This document shows, one piece after another, positions 18,471 to 26,468 of a DNA stretch of 64,000 nucleotides. Origin of the DNA: Ignavibacteriota bacterium (GTDB lineage: Bacteria > Bacteroidota > Ignavibacteria > Tepidaquicellales > OLB5); contig RPQH01000016.1 in assembly GCA_003820375.1 (NCBI GenBank), positions 11 through 64,010 of the forward strand, given 5' to 3'. How positions within the stretch are numbered: position 1 is the first letter of the stretch; every line of letters starts with the position of its first letter. Position numbers and translations under genes: made by a program. The notes beneath the pieces were generated by a model. The model saw nothing but the letters and a program-made list of their open reading frames with translations, was not told the origin of the DNA and did not search any database.

Positions 18471-18598
18471 TCAGAGGCAGTGTCTGGTCTTAGTTTGAGA
18501 ATTTGGATTAACTTAGATTAACTGATATGTATGCCAGAGAAAGAAAGAACTTAAATTTACAAATATTGACCTGACACAAGCGTCAGCTTAAGATGACC

Positions 18599-18815
18599 GG
18601 ATGATTTACAATCAATGCTGGACAAGGGGTTATTATCAATTAAGAATGAAGAATGAAAAATGAAGAATTGGATGATTTACAATTGTAGTTAGACAAGGGG
18701 TTACTGATATAAATAATTATAAACTGCAATTACATTATTATCTTTATTAACAACTCCAGACTGCGATTAACGAATTACCCCTTGCAAACTATCCGGCTTG
18801 AATGATTTACAATCT
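18599..18815. repeat. Repeat cluster: 71-bp-spaced direct repeats (GATGATTTACAAT-N8-GACAAGGGGTTA x2), a 7-bp array AAGAATG x4 (18642-18669), and an inverted partial third copy
   Basis: GATGATTTACAAT at 18600 and 18671. GACAAGGGGTTA at 18621 and 18692. ATTACCCCTTGC at 18774 and GAATGATTTACAAT at 18801. Confidence 0.75.
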
Positions 18816-19064
18816 GTGTATAAAGCCGCATTTTGCTCATTTTTTACGTAGGAAAACTCCTACAAATGAAAATTTTTCAATTTTTATTTTTTTTGTTTCA
18901 TATCTAACCCTAAAGCCAATCTCAGAATAAATTATTTTCACGACCTGATAAGAACAATTTCGATATTAACAAAGAACGACAGTGAGTGATAACCGGCAGT
19001 ATTTCTCACTACTATATAAAAATAATATAGAGATTGCCGCTTGTCAAGTTTTAACTAAAAATAG

Positions 19065-19109
19065 TTTAGAGTGTGTAGAGTGCTTAGAGTGAGTGGAGTG
19101 TTTAGAGTG
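19065..19109. repeat. 9-bp tandem array (TTTAGAGTG-like x5)
   Basis: tttagagtg tgtagagtg cttagagtg agtggagtg tttagagtg. Confidence 0.85.
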
Positions 19110-19464
19110 GCATTTTGGGCTATTTTGCAGGTAATTATATTAACGCTGCGATAAGCAAGTAAGGATTCCCCTCTTGAGAGGGGTGGACTCCGATGGAGCG
19201 TTAGCGGAAATCGGATGACGGGGTGTGTCCTGAAATAAACCGTGAATACCCTAAAGCATTACTTTAACTCTTCAATTATAGCGACGACAAACCGGTTATT
19301 TTGTTTTATTTTTCCCAAAAACCAGCGGGCAGGAGTGGTTTTTCAAAAACCTCGATTCCTGCATTAAATCGCTATATTTTGGGTGATTTTTGGCACTTTG
19401 GTCAGGAGTTATCTGCTTATACTGCAATGAGTTACAGCCATTTTTCGAAAACTCCTGCCCGGAA

Positions 19465-19530
19465 AGTGCCCGTAAAGTGCCCGTAAAGTGCCCGCTGAGT
19501 GCCCACTGAGTGCCCGCTGAGTGCCCGCTG
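19465..19530. repeat. 11-bp tandem array (AGTGCCCGTAA/AGTGCCCGCTG x6)
   Basis: Units read in register at 19465, 19476, 19487, 19498, 19509 and 19520. Confidence 0.9.
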
Positions 19531-19587
19531 GATGACCGCGGGGTTTTTTACACTCCCATTATAATCTCATTATAAAACTTTATATAC

Positions 19588-20058
19588 TTACGGTATTATT
19601 TTCTTCCTCACTTTAAGATTTGATAATTTAATGTACTCGTAATACCAGCAATGGTTTAGATGGATTCTGATTTTTACCTTAAAGCCCGAAGTATGCGGTA
19701 CCGGAAAATTATGATGCCCGCTTATTGAATTGTAATCTTCTGCATTAAAAGAATTGCTGAGATTATTTTCTTCATCAAAAACCTCTACTGTTAGTGTGTG
19801 TAATGCCGTAGATAATGCTGTATCAAAACGTGATGCATATCCGTCAAAGTCCACTTCATAATCATACTTATCCTGATTTTGGGGAAAATATGTATGCATA
19901 AAAACAGTATCGCCTGCACCATACATTGAAAGCGAATCCAATTTGTAAACAACATATGGGTCTGCATTTTGATTGTTATTAACAATATTATTTTCTCTGC
20001 ATTGAAGAAAGAGAAAAGACAGGGAGAGAATTAATATTTGAATTATATATTTTTTCAT
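19588..20058 (-). CDS. Hypothetical lipoprotein (156 aa from the internal start)
   Basis: MKKYIIQILILSLSFLFLQC is a lipoprotein signal. The longer ORF to 20211 adds an implausible N-terminal extension. Confidence 0.5.
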   Translation of the reverse strand: MKKYIIQILILSLSFLFLQCRENNIVNNNQNADPYVVYKLDSLSMYGAGDTVFMHTYFPQNQDKYDYEVDFDGYASRFDTALSTALHTLTVEVFDEENNLSNSFNAEDYNSISGHHNFPVPHTSGFKVKIRIHLNHCWYYEYIKLSNLKVRKKIIP

Positions 20059-20489
20059 TGGGAAGTGAAGAAAATTATTTTCTTTATTTGAAAAGGCTGT
20101 GAGGATGCCCGGCAATATAATATTATTTGATGCAATTATATTCATGGCATATAAATATGCGAAAAAACTTTGTGAAGATATACTGAAAAAACAAAAGTCG
20201 CCATTTTTCAACTATATTACGGGATTTTCTTTGACAAATTACACCTCAAAAAGTTCAATACTATGCATTAATCGCAGTATTTCAGGAAAATTTGCCTGAA
20301 AATTTTGTGATTTCTGAGAAAATCTTCTTTGACTTAAAATGTGCTAAATCAGTAATTTATTAACATTAAAAACCACATTTTCAAAATGTGATACAGTGAA
20401 AAGCTTTTTTAGAGTTTATTACTGACAATTCTCTTGCTGATGTGGAATATATTTAAACAATAATTATAAATTAAAAAGGAGTTGGGAAT

Positions 20490-20648
20490 ATGAAAGTTTC
20501 TCCATGGCATTCAAAAAAATCCATTGTTTATCATAACAACACAAAATGTACTTTAGGAAATAATATAGAAAGAATAAATAAACAATCGGGAACAGGTGGT
20601 AAACCTATATGTAGTTTATGTTCGAAATTAAATAAAGTTAAGAAATAA
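20490..20648 (+). CDS. Small Cys-containing protein (52 aa; below the ORF-track cutoff)
   Basis: RBS aaaggag lies 8 nt upstream of the ATG. Encodes MKVSPWHSKKSIVYHNNTKCTLGNNIERINKQSGTGGKPICSLCSKLNKVKK, with a C..(20)..CxxC spacing suggesting a metal-binding knuckle. Confidence 0.4.
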   Translation: MKVSPWHSKKSIVYHNNTKCTLGNNIERINKQSGTGGKPICSLCSKLNKVKK

Positions 20649-20727
20649 ACCACTTACTAAAATTTCTTTTGTAGATGAAGATAGGATAATTTTTAATAAC
20701 ATATAAATTTAATAAAGGAGAAATATT

Positions 20728-21006
20728 ATGGCACTTTTAAGCAGCAGAGATCTTAAATATACATATTCTTGGACAGCTTATGAAGGTGACAATCCTAAAA
20801 TAAGCGGTGAACCTGATAATACTTTGTTGAATAGGAATGAGGGATATGAAATGCTTTATTTTATAAATAAGTTCGCTGAGATACACAATTTTATAAATAA
20901 AGAATCCGGACATAAAGTAGAAGAATTGATTAAAACTAAGGTACCTAGCCACATACATTCACAAATAAAAATAAAGGATTGGTTAGTGCAAAATTGGAAT
21001 AATTGA
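20728..21006 (+). CDS. Hypothetical small protein (92 aa)
   Basis: RBS aaaggag upstream. No recognisable domain. Confidence 0.45.
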   Translation: MALLSSRDLKYTYSWTAYEGDNPKISGEPDNTLLNRNEGYEMLYFINKFAEIHNFINKESGHKVEELIKTKVPSHIHSQIKIKDWLVQNWNN

Positions 21007-21071
21007 GTAAAAATATATTGTAAATTAACATGAATAAAAATATTTTATCTTAAATAATATAATAAAATAAT

Positions 21072-21344
21072 ATGCAAACTTTAATTACGTATGATGTAAA
21101 CAAAGATCATACAAAAGTAAAAAAAGCTTTAAAGGAAAAAGGGTATAGAGATATTATTGCTGGGTCTAATAATGTACCCTGTAATTTACCAAATACAAGT
21201 TTATGGAAATCAGGAGTGAGTTTTACAACAGCTCTTTCAGATCTACAGGAAGTTACCCAAAAATTAAATGTTATACTTGAAAGGGCATTCACTGCGGAAT
21301 TTGACAAATGGACAGGAATTGAAGGATTAGAGCATAAAGAATAG
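21072..21344 (+). CDS. Hypothetical small protein (90 aa)
   Basis: The beta-alpha start MQTLITYDVNKDHTKVKKALKEKGY is reminiscent of small ferredoxin-fold (Cas2/VapD-like) proteins, but this is not diagnostic. A terminator follows. Confidence 0.45.
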   Translation: MQTLITYDVNKDHTKVKKALKEKGYRDIIAGSNNVPCNLPNTSLWKSGVSFTTALSDLQEVTQKLNVILERAFTAEFDKWTGIEGLEHKE

Positions 21345-21372
21345 GGCAAAGGCGGTAATACCGCCTTTTAAT
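21345..21372. terminator. Bidirectional rho-independent terminator between convergent genes
   Basis: AAAGGCGG (21348-21355), loop TAATA, CCGCCTTT (21361-21368), flanked by A/T runs. Confidence 0.75.
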
Positions 21373-21405
21373 AAATAATATTAATTATGGTTGTAAATAT
21401 TTCTG

Positions 21406-22584
21406 TTATAATATTTTTTTTCTGAAGTCACGTAAAGCCTGTCTCCAAGCTCTTAGCCAGTTGCCATTGTTTTTTTTCTCTTCAAATAAAATATCTTCTT
21501 CTTCAAGTTCAGTCCAATTGTTTTCAGCTTCTTTTAGCCAAATATTTACATTTGAAAGTGGGTCGTTAGAATCTAAACATTTTTCAACGTTCATGAACCA
21601 ACATAAATAATGTCTCCAACTGTAACCTAACCATGCTTTTTTTGGTTTTTCCTTAAACGATTCTATAATAACATTTCCCCAAAAATTATTTGAAAAATTC
21701 GTATTAAAAAAATGCTCAAAATTATTTTCGTTCAAACGACCAATGTCAGCCTCCCTTAAAAATGTAAGTAAAGAATGTTCAAACCAATATTCTAATTGAC
21801 CGCCACCTTTTTTCGAAGGTTCTTCAAAACGTGATAAAGTAAACCTTCTTAAGTTAAAAAATTTGCCTGTTGCACAATGAGTTGCGCCAGCAACTTTATA
21901 TAAGATCATCTCCGATGAACAAAATGAAATTAATACTTCTTTTCCTGTTGAATTCAATAAATGAATTAATTGCATTGCACCTAAAAGCTCATCTGCTTCA
22001 TCAAGTTCTCTGCGTGGTTCGGTATCAGATATAAAAACAATGTAATATCCACAACATTCCACTTCTGTTAAAATAGAAGCGTAAGTGAATATATTATCTT
22101 GTTTTATTAAGGCTTTCATACTTACCATAACTGTACATAAGATTTCAATTTCAGTATCTCTACTATTTTTATGTAAACTTTTACAGGTTTCAGCACATAC
22201 TTCATAATAGTTCTCGTCAAATAGTTTAGGAAGTATCACAGGTGAAGCAACTTTATTTACATTTAACTTGCTACTAAATTTTATAAGTTTTTTATTTATC
22301 TCATTCCACCAGGGTTTTGAAGCATAATCAGTTGCAGAATCAATATCCTTAGGAAAGTAAGGTTGTTTTATCAAATGTTCTCTTTTTGAGCGCGGAAAAT
22401 AAAGTTGTGGGTCTAATATAATATCTAATTTTTTGTCAGTCTTGTCCGTAATTTTTAACAACTGTTTTTGTAATTCCGCTGGATTTCTATTGACTGGACT
22501 TAAAATTATTCCTTTAAATTCTCTAATGTGTTTTTCACCTACAAGGTTTTCTGTATCATGTCCCATTTGCATATATGAAGCCAT
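21406..22584 (-). CDS. Hypothetical protein (392 aa), third gene of the nuclease-like/kinase operon
   Basis: RBS aaggag 10 nt after the kinase stop. No motif I can assign. Trp-rich helical C-terminus. Confidence 0.6.
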   Translation of the reverse strand: MASYMQMGHDTENLVGEKHIREFKGIILSPVNRNPAELQKQLLKITDKTDKKLDIILDPQLYFPRSKREHLIKQPYFPKDIDSATDYASKPWWNEINKKLIKFSSKLNVNKVASPVILPKLFDENYYEVCAETCKSLHKNSRDTEIEILCTVMVSMKALIKQDNIFTYASILTEVECCGYYIVFISDTEPRRELDEADELLGAMQLIHLLNSTGKEVLISFCSSEMILYKVAGATHCATGKFFNLRRFTLSRFEEPSKKGGGQLEYWFEHSLLTFLREADIGRLNENNFEHFFNTNFSNNFWGNVIIESFKEKPKKAWLGYSWRHYLCWFMNVEKCLDSNDPLSNVNIWLKEAENNWTELEEEDILFEEKKNNGNWLRAWRQALRDFRKKIL

Positions 22585-22594
22585 GTAATACTCC

Positions 22595-23446
22595 TTAATT
22601 AAAAATATTTAAAATATCTTGTGTGTTTATATACCTTTGTACTGGCCATGCAGAAAGCATCTTTAATATATCCTTAAAACCCATTTTTGTTATTTCTATA
22701 ATAAATTCATTTGAACATGGTAATCTGTTTGCAATGTGATTTACTACATTTGAAATATTCATACCGGTTGATTGAAAAGGGTGTTTACCTGTCAAGCAAA
22801 TACCTAATACTATCCCAATTGAGAACTGATCACTTCTCCATTTTATTAAATGTTTTTCGTTATTTAATTGCTCAGGTGAGCTATAATAAGGTGTGCACGG
22901 ACCTTGGGGCATCCAAGACATTGTTAAAGAAGGTAAGGACAAATCTCTAACAAGACCAAAATCAACTAAACTTGGATATTCAGATTTCGTGCTAAACATA
23001 ATATTATCTGGTTTGATATCTCTATGGACTAAATCTAGGGTTTTCAAATGTTCTAATGCTTTTATTAATGCGAACGCATACTTTTTAACATCACTTATAG
23101 GTACTTTCCCATATTTTAATCTATCTGTTAAACAGCCATCGTCATAAAATTCTTCAATTATGTAAATAAAAAGAGTTCCATTATATGCATATTGCCCATA
23201 CTCATGAATTTTTGAAATATATGGACAATCACATTTTTTTATAGCATTTATCTCTCTTGTAGTCCTATCTATACTGATTTTTTGCAGATCAACAATTTTA
23301 AGGGCTATTTCTAGACTGTTGCAAGTGGTAGCCTTGAAAGTTTCTTTAAATGCTCCATTACCGACAAATTTATTATATATTAAATTTAATTTTTTGCAAA
23401 TATCTTTTGCAACATCCTCATATTGTGGATTAAAAGGTTTGGCCAT
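22595..23446 (-). CDS. Ser/Thr protein kinase (Hanks type), catalytic domain only
   Basis: GAFKETF (P-loop-like), IALKIV (VAIK Lys), HRDIKPDNIMF (catalytic loop), VDFGLV (DFG), YYSSPEQ (APE). Confidence 0.85.
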   Translation of the reverse strand: MAKPFNPQYEDVAKDICKKLNLIYNKFVGNGAFKETFKATTCNSLEIALKIVDLQKISIDRTTREINAIKKCDCPYISKIHEYGQYAYNGTLFIYIIEEFYDDGCLTDRLKYGKVPISDVKKYAFALIKALEHLKTLDLVHRDIKPDNIMFSTKSEYPSLVDFGLVRDLSLPSLTMSWMPQGPCTPYYSSPEQLNNEKHLIKWRSDQFSIGIVLGICLTGKHPFQSTGMNISNVVNHIANRLPCSNEFIIEITKMGFKDILKMLSAWPVQRYINTQDILNIFN

Positions 23447-23865
23447 TAGGCATTTTCGATATAGTTATTGGCATGTTCTGTAAGCCAGACCGAATATGGA
23501 CAATTTTTGATTGCTTCGATATGAACAATAATAGAAGATTGATTTATAGTACATAACCCTATTCCTCTTTTTTCAAATTCATCGATAAATTTTAATGCTA
23601 TCGTTGCTGTTTTATCAGGTAGGACCACATAAGAATAATGAGCATAAATTGTGTTTTTATAAGCCTGGTGTAAAGCATCTTTCCATTTATAAAGTTTTGC
23701 TTCAAATGCTATTAAAAAACCATCTTTTGTTATACCTATAATATCAGTTTTTCCGCTTCTATAATTGAACTCAGTAGCGAAATTTAAACATTTGACATTT
23801 TTTTTTCGTGTTGTCTTTAGCTTTTTTTGAAAATCTTTAACTAATTGTGATTCCTTTGTATACAT
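23446..23865 (-). CDS. PD-(D/E)xK nuclease-fold-like protein (139 aa)
   Basis: ATEF...GKTDIIGITKDGFLIAFEAKLYKW fits the E...D...(D/E)xK spacing. Its stop overlaps the kinase start (TAATG). Confidence 0.5.
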   Translation of the reverse strand: MYTKESQLVKDFQKKLKTTRKKNVKCLNFATEFNYRSGKTDIIGITKDGFLIAFEAKLYKWKDALHQAYKNTIYAHYSYVVLPDKTATIALKFIDEFEKRGIGLCTINQSSIIVHIEAIKNCPYSVWLTEHANNYIENA

Positions 23866-24403
23866 TAATATAAAATAACAAATATTAAAAATAAAAGATA
23901 CAACTCTAATGGTATTATTAATTTATTTTTTACTTTTTTTCGTTACTGTTACTCATTATAATAACAATTGTGTCATATTTTTCCATTCCATTGCACATTC
24001 GTAGTTTTTCGTCTCCCTGATAAGGGGGAATAAAAAAGAAACTAAAAACAGTGTTAGGTCTTTCTTGAAAATACAGATAAATTTTAATCATTACCGGTTT
24101 TCCTCTCCGTGCTCTCAGTGTGCTCTGTGGCTATTATCTTTTCATAGGCAAGGGGTGATTATCCATCAATCAAGTTCTGTTATATCTATAAAGATTATTA
24201 GTTATTGTAGATTGTATGTATAATCACGGAATCACCGTCTTGTCCCTAAATCCTCTTTGTGGCAGGGGAGGGGAGTGAGTTCTTCAGTTTCATTCATGGG
24301 ATTGCCACGCTTTCCTTGCTTTATAACAATAAATACTTGTCATCTATTTTTCAGTTCTAATTTATATTCCATTACTTGTTCGAGCTCGCAATTCATTTAT
24401 TGA

Positions 24404-24442
24404 TGTAAAAAAAAGCCGCAATCTTATCGATGGCGGCTTTTG
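24404..24442 (-). terminator. Rho-independent terminator closing the cytochrome cluster
   Basis: AAGCCGC (24413-24419) / GCGGCTT (24433-24439), with an A-run on the plus strand (a T-run on the minus strand) after the stem. Confidence 0.75.
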
Positions 24443-24461
24443 TAATTTTATATCTTATCTA

Positions 24462-25151
24462 TTACGGGTTCTGACCGAAGTTTACTACACCATTCACATG
24501 CAGGTCAGTACGTTTAAATGTACCCGATGAATCCATCACTACACGGTGACAGTCTACACATGTAGTAATTGTGTTATTCGGGTCATGTGTGTACAACGGA
24601 AATGGTTTCGGATTCGGATTTCCTGTAACAGGATTACCATGGCATGAACCGCAAATTACATTTTCCGGCTCCATCCATTTTACAGTCATCTGATTTCCGC
24701 CGGCAAAACCACCATGGCAATATACATCTGCACATGACCGGTCATTTGCATCATACTGCGGATTGGGTATATAACCTCCATATATCCGCTGTTTTGCAAG
24801 CGGTCCGAATGTTATTTCAGCCCTGTTATCAGGATTTGTTCTGTCTATGTGTGTTGAATCCCAATAATTATTTACCGGAATATGGCACTCGCCGCACTCT
24901 ACCTTTGCAGAGAACCTTGTTGCCATTAAATGCTGAACATGAGCACCTACACCCGGGTTGCTCCTGGATGTATCGCCGTTCAATGCTTTAGGCGGGTTCG
25001 GATTGTCGCCTCTTCCGTGGCATAATGTACACTCTCCCGATGACCTTGATGGTGCAAGTATATCATCTTCAAGCTCACTGCATCCCTGGTAAATAAATAC
25101 CAATGCAGTAATTAAAAATAAAACTGAGTATAATTTCATATGTTTTTTCAT
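24462..25151 (-). CDS. Multihaem c-type cytochrome lipoprotein (4 CXXCH + 1 CX4CH)
   Basis: Lipobox VFIYQGC. Motifs CTLCH, CGECH, CADVYCH, CGSCH, CVDCH. The paired CX4CH...CXXCH arrangement resembles the Geobacter-type repeat domain. Start taken at MKKHMKLY, 1 nt after the upstream stop. Confidence 0.8.
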   Translation of the reverse strand: MKKHMKLYSVLFLITALVFIYQGCSELEDDILAPSRSSGECTLCHGRGDNPNPPKALNGDTSRSNPGVGAHVQHLMATRFSAKVECGECHIPVNNYWDSTHIDRTNPDNRAEITFGPLAKQRIYGGYIPNPQYDANDRSCADVYCHGGFAGGNQMTVKWMEPENVICGSCHGNPVTGNPNPKPFPLYTHDPNNTITTCVDCHRVVMDSSGTFKRTDLHVNGVVNFGQNP

Positions 25152-25152
25152 A

Positions 25153-26454
25153 TTACTTGAACCTCCTGTCGCCATCGGTGCTGTTATGGCAGTAACCGCA
25201 GAAACCTACACCGCTGATTCCGTTTGGTCTTGCATTAGCATCACTGTGGCATGTATAACAAATTGCACCCTGTGTTTCGTGCCATATTCCCTTATTATCA
25301 TTTTCAAAACCTGATTCATGTGTTCTCGGGTTAGTACCTTTCACACCGTCGTTATCTATATGGCAAGTAATACAGATGGGGTCACCGCCCTGTGTATCGT
25401 GGCAGCTCTGGCATGATTCAATATCTTTTCTTGCTATTGTAGCATGGAGCCCGCCGCCTGTACCGACACCAAAGGTTGTAAACATCGGCTGTTTATGGCT
25501 GTCAGGTGCAATACTGCTGAGTGTCTGCCCGTTATCGCTATGGCATGTATTACAGAATGTTACAGGGTCATGACAGGTCTTGCACTCAAACCGCTTGTGG
25601 TTTGCGTCAAGCCCGTGTGTGAACCTGTAATTCAGGTCGTGAGCTGTCGTAAGCTTTTGCAGGTCGTGCCTGTCAATTCTTGTAGCCCCTTCCTTGCTGT
25701 AATAAGGAGCGTAGAAGTTTTCGCTTGTATTATTTCCCGTAACGTTTACAGGACTGTGGCATACCTGGCAGAAGTTATCGCTGTGGCACATCATACAATT
25801 ATTCTTGTTTGAGCTTGGGTCAAATACAACCTTATGCTCATTTAAGAAATTAGACTGCCTGTGGCTTTTCGGGAACAGGTTAGTCAGGTTTGTATGGCAT
25901 GATTCACAGTTATTGCCTGCCTGCTGGCTCAAGTTAACTGCCGGCTGGTTCTGCTCTGTATGGCAGGTACTGCAAACTTCCATCGGCGGAAAAGCCGTCG
26001 GTGATTCTTTTGCAAATTTAACATTATCAACGCCAACGTGGCATGCTGTGCATTCCTGCTTTTGTGTAACAACATGGAATTTATGTGAAAAAGCAAGTTC
26101 CTTTTTGGTCGGCGGGAATTTCTTAGCCGCACCTTCAACATGGCAGAAATTACAGTTCTTCTGGTCGGTAACATCGTGGCATGCACTGCATTCGTTATGT
26201 CCGGGGTTCAGGTCATCTTTTGCAGAGACTGAAGTGTTTGCTTTAACGTGGCAGTCTTTACATGCAACGGCAGCTTCTTTTACGTGAAACTTATGGTCGA
26301 ACTTTATTACTTTGCTGTGGTCTTCCTGTGCTGCAGACGGATATACGCTGACTTTCTTCATGTCCGTCTTTGTATCCTTCATCAAATAAGCAGTTGAAGA
26401 TAGAAATACAAGGACACCAGCAAGAAGTAAAAAGTATAGTTTATTAATTTTCAT
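25153..26454 (-). CDS. Periplasmic 14-haem c-type cytochrome (c7/c3-like repeats)
   Basis: 14 CXXCH motifs. Recurrent F.HK.H....C..CH units resemble polymerised c7-type domains. Signal peptide present. Confidence 0.9.
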   Translation of the reverse strand: MKINKLYFLLLAGVLVFLSSTAYLMKDTKTDMKKVSVYPSAAQEDHSKVIKFDHKFHVKEAAVACKDCHVKANTSVSAKDDLNPGHNECSACHDVTDQKNCNFCHVEGAAKKFPPTKKELAFSHKFHVVTQKQECTACHVGVDNVKFAKESPTAFPPMEVCSTCHTEQNQPAVNLSQQAGNNCESCHTNLTNLFPKSHRQSNFLNEHKVVFDPSSNKNNCMMCHSDNFCQVCHSPVNVTGNNTSENFYAPYYSKEGATRIDRHDLQKLTTAHDLNYRFTHGLDANHKRFECKTCHDPVTFCNTCHSDNGQTLSSIAPDSHKQPMFTTFGVGTGGGLHATIARKDIESCQSCHDTQGGDPICITCHIDNDGVKGTNPRTHESGFENDNKGIWHETQGAICYTCHSDANARPNGISGVGFCGYCHNSTDGDRRFK

Positions 26455-26468
26455 AATTTTTTTTATAC

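Larger units (their letters stand above)
19030..19560. repeat. Composite intergenic repeat element, copy 2
   Basis: Same ordered conserved blocks as the reverse complement of 1-545. Contains a 9-bp array (19065-19109), an 11-bp array (19465-19530), and the internal inverted repeat GGGCAGGAGT..TTTT.GAAAA (19326-19350 / 19441-19465). Confidence 0.6.

Noticed and set aside
19301-19486. 61-aa ORF inside the composite repeat element
   Set aside because: It runs through conserved repeat blocks into the 11-bp array. It has no RBS and no counterpart ORF in the other copy.
20059-20211. N-terminal extensions of several track ORFs (19588-20211, 24462-25175, 29987-30841, 47843-49213)
   Set aside because: In each case an internal Met gives a canonical signal peptide, lipobox, Tat motif or REC start, and removes the overlap with the upstream gene. 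The shorter starts were preferred.
25376-26287. Plus-strand ORFs (65-160 aa) antisense to the 14-haem cytochrome gene. There are similar sets at 30151-30929, 31578-31993, 32354-33984, 34473-36126, 37523-38188 and 40451-41537.
   Set aside because: They lie entirely within much longer, motif-rich minus-strand genes. Their products are Cys/His/Val-rich low-complexity mirror images of CXXCH codons, with no RBS or domains.
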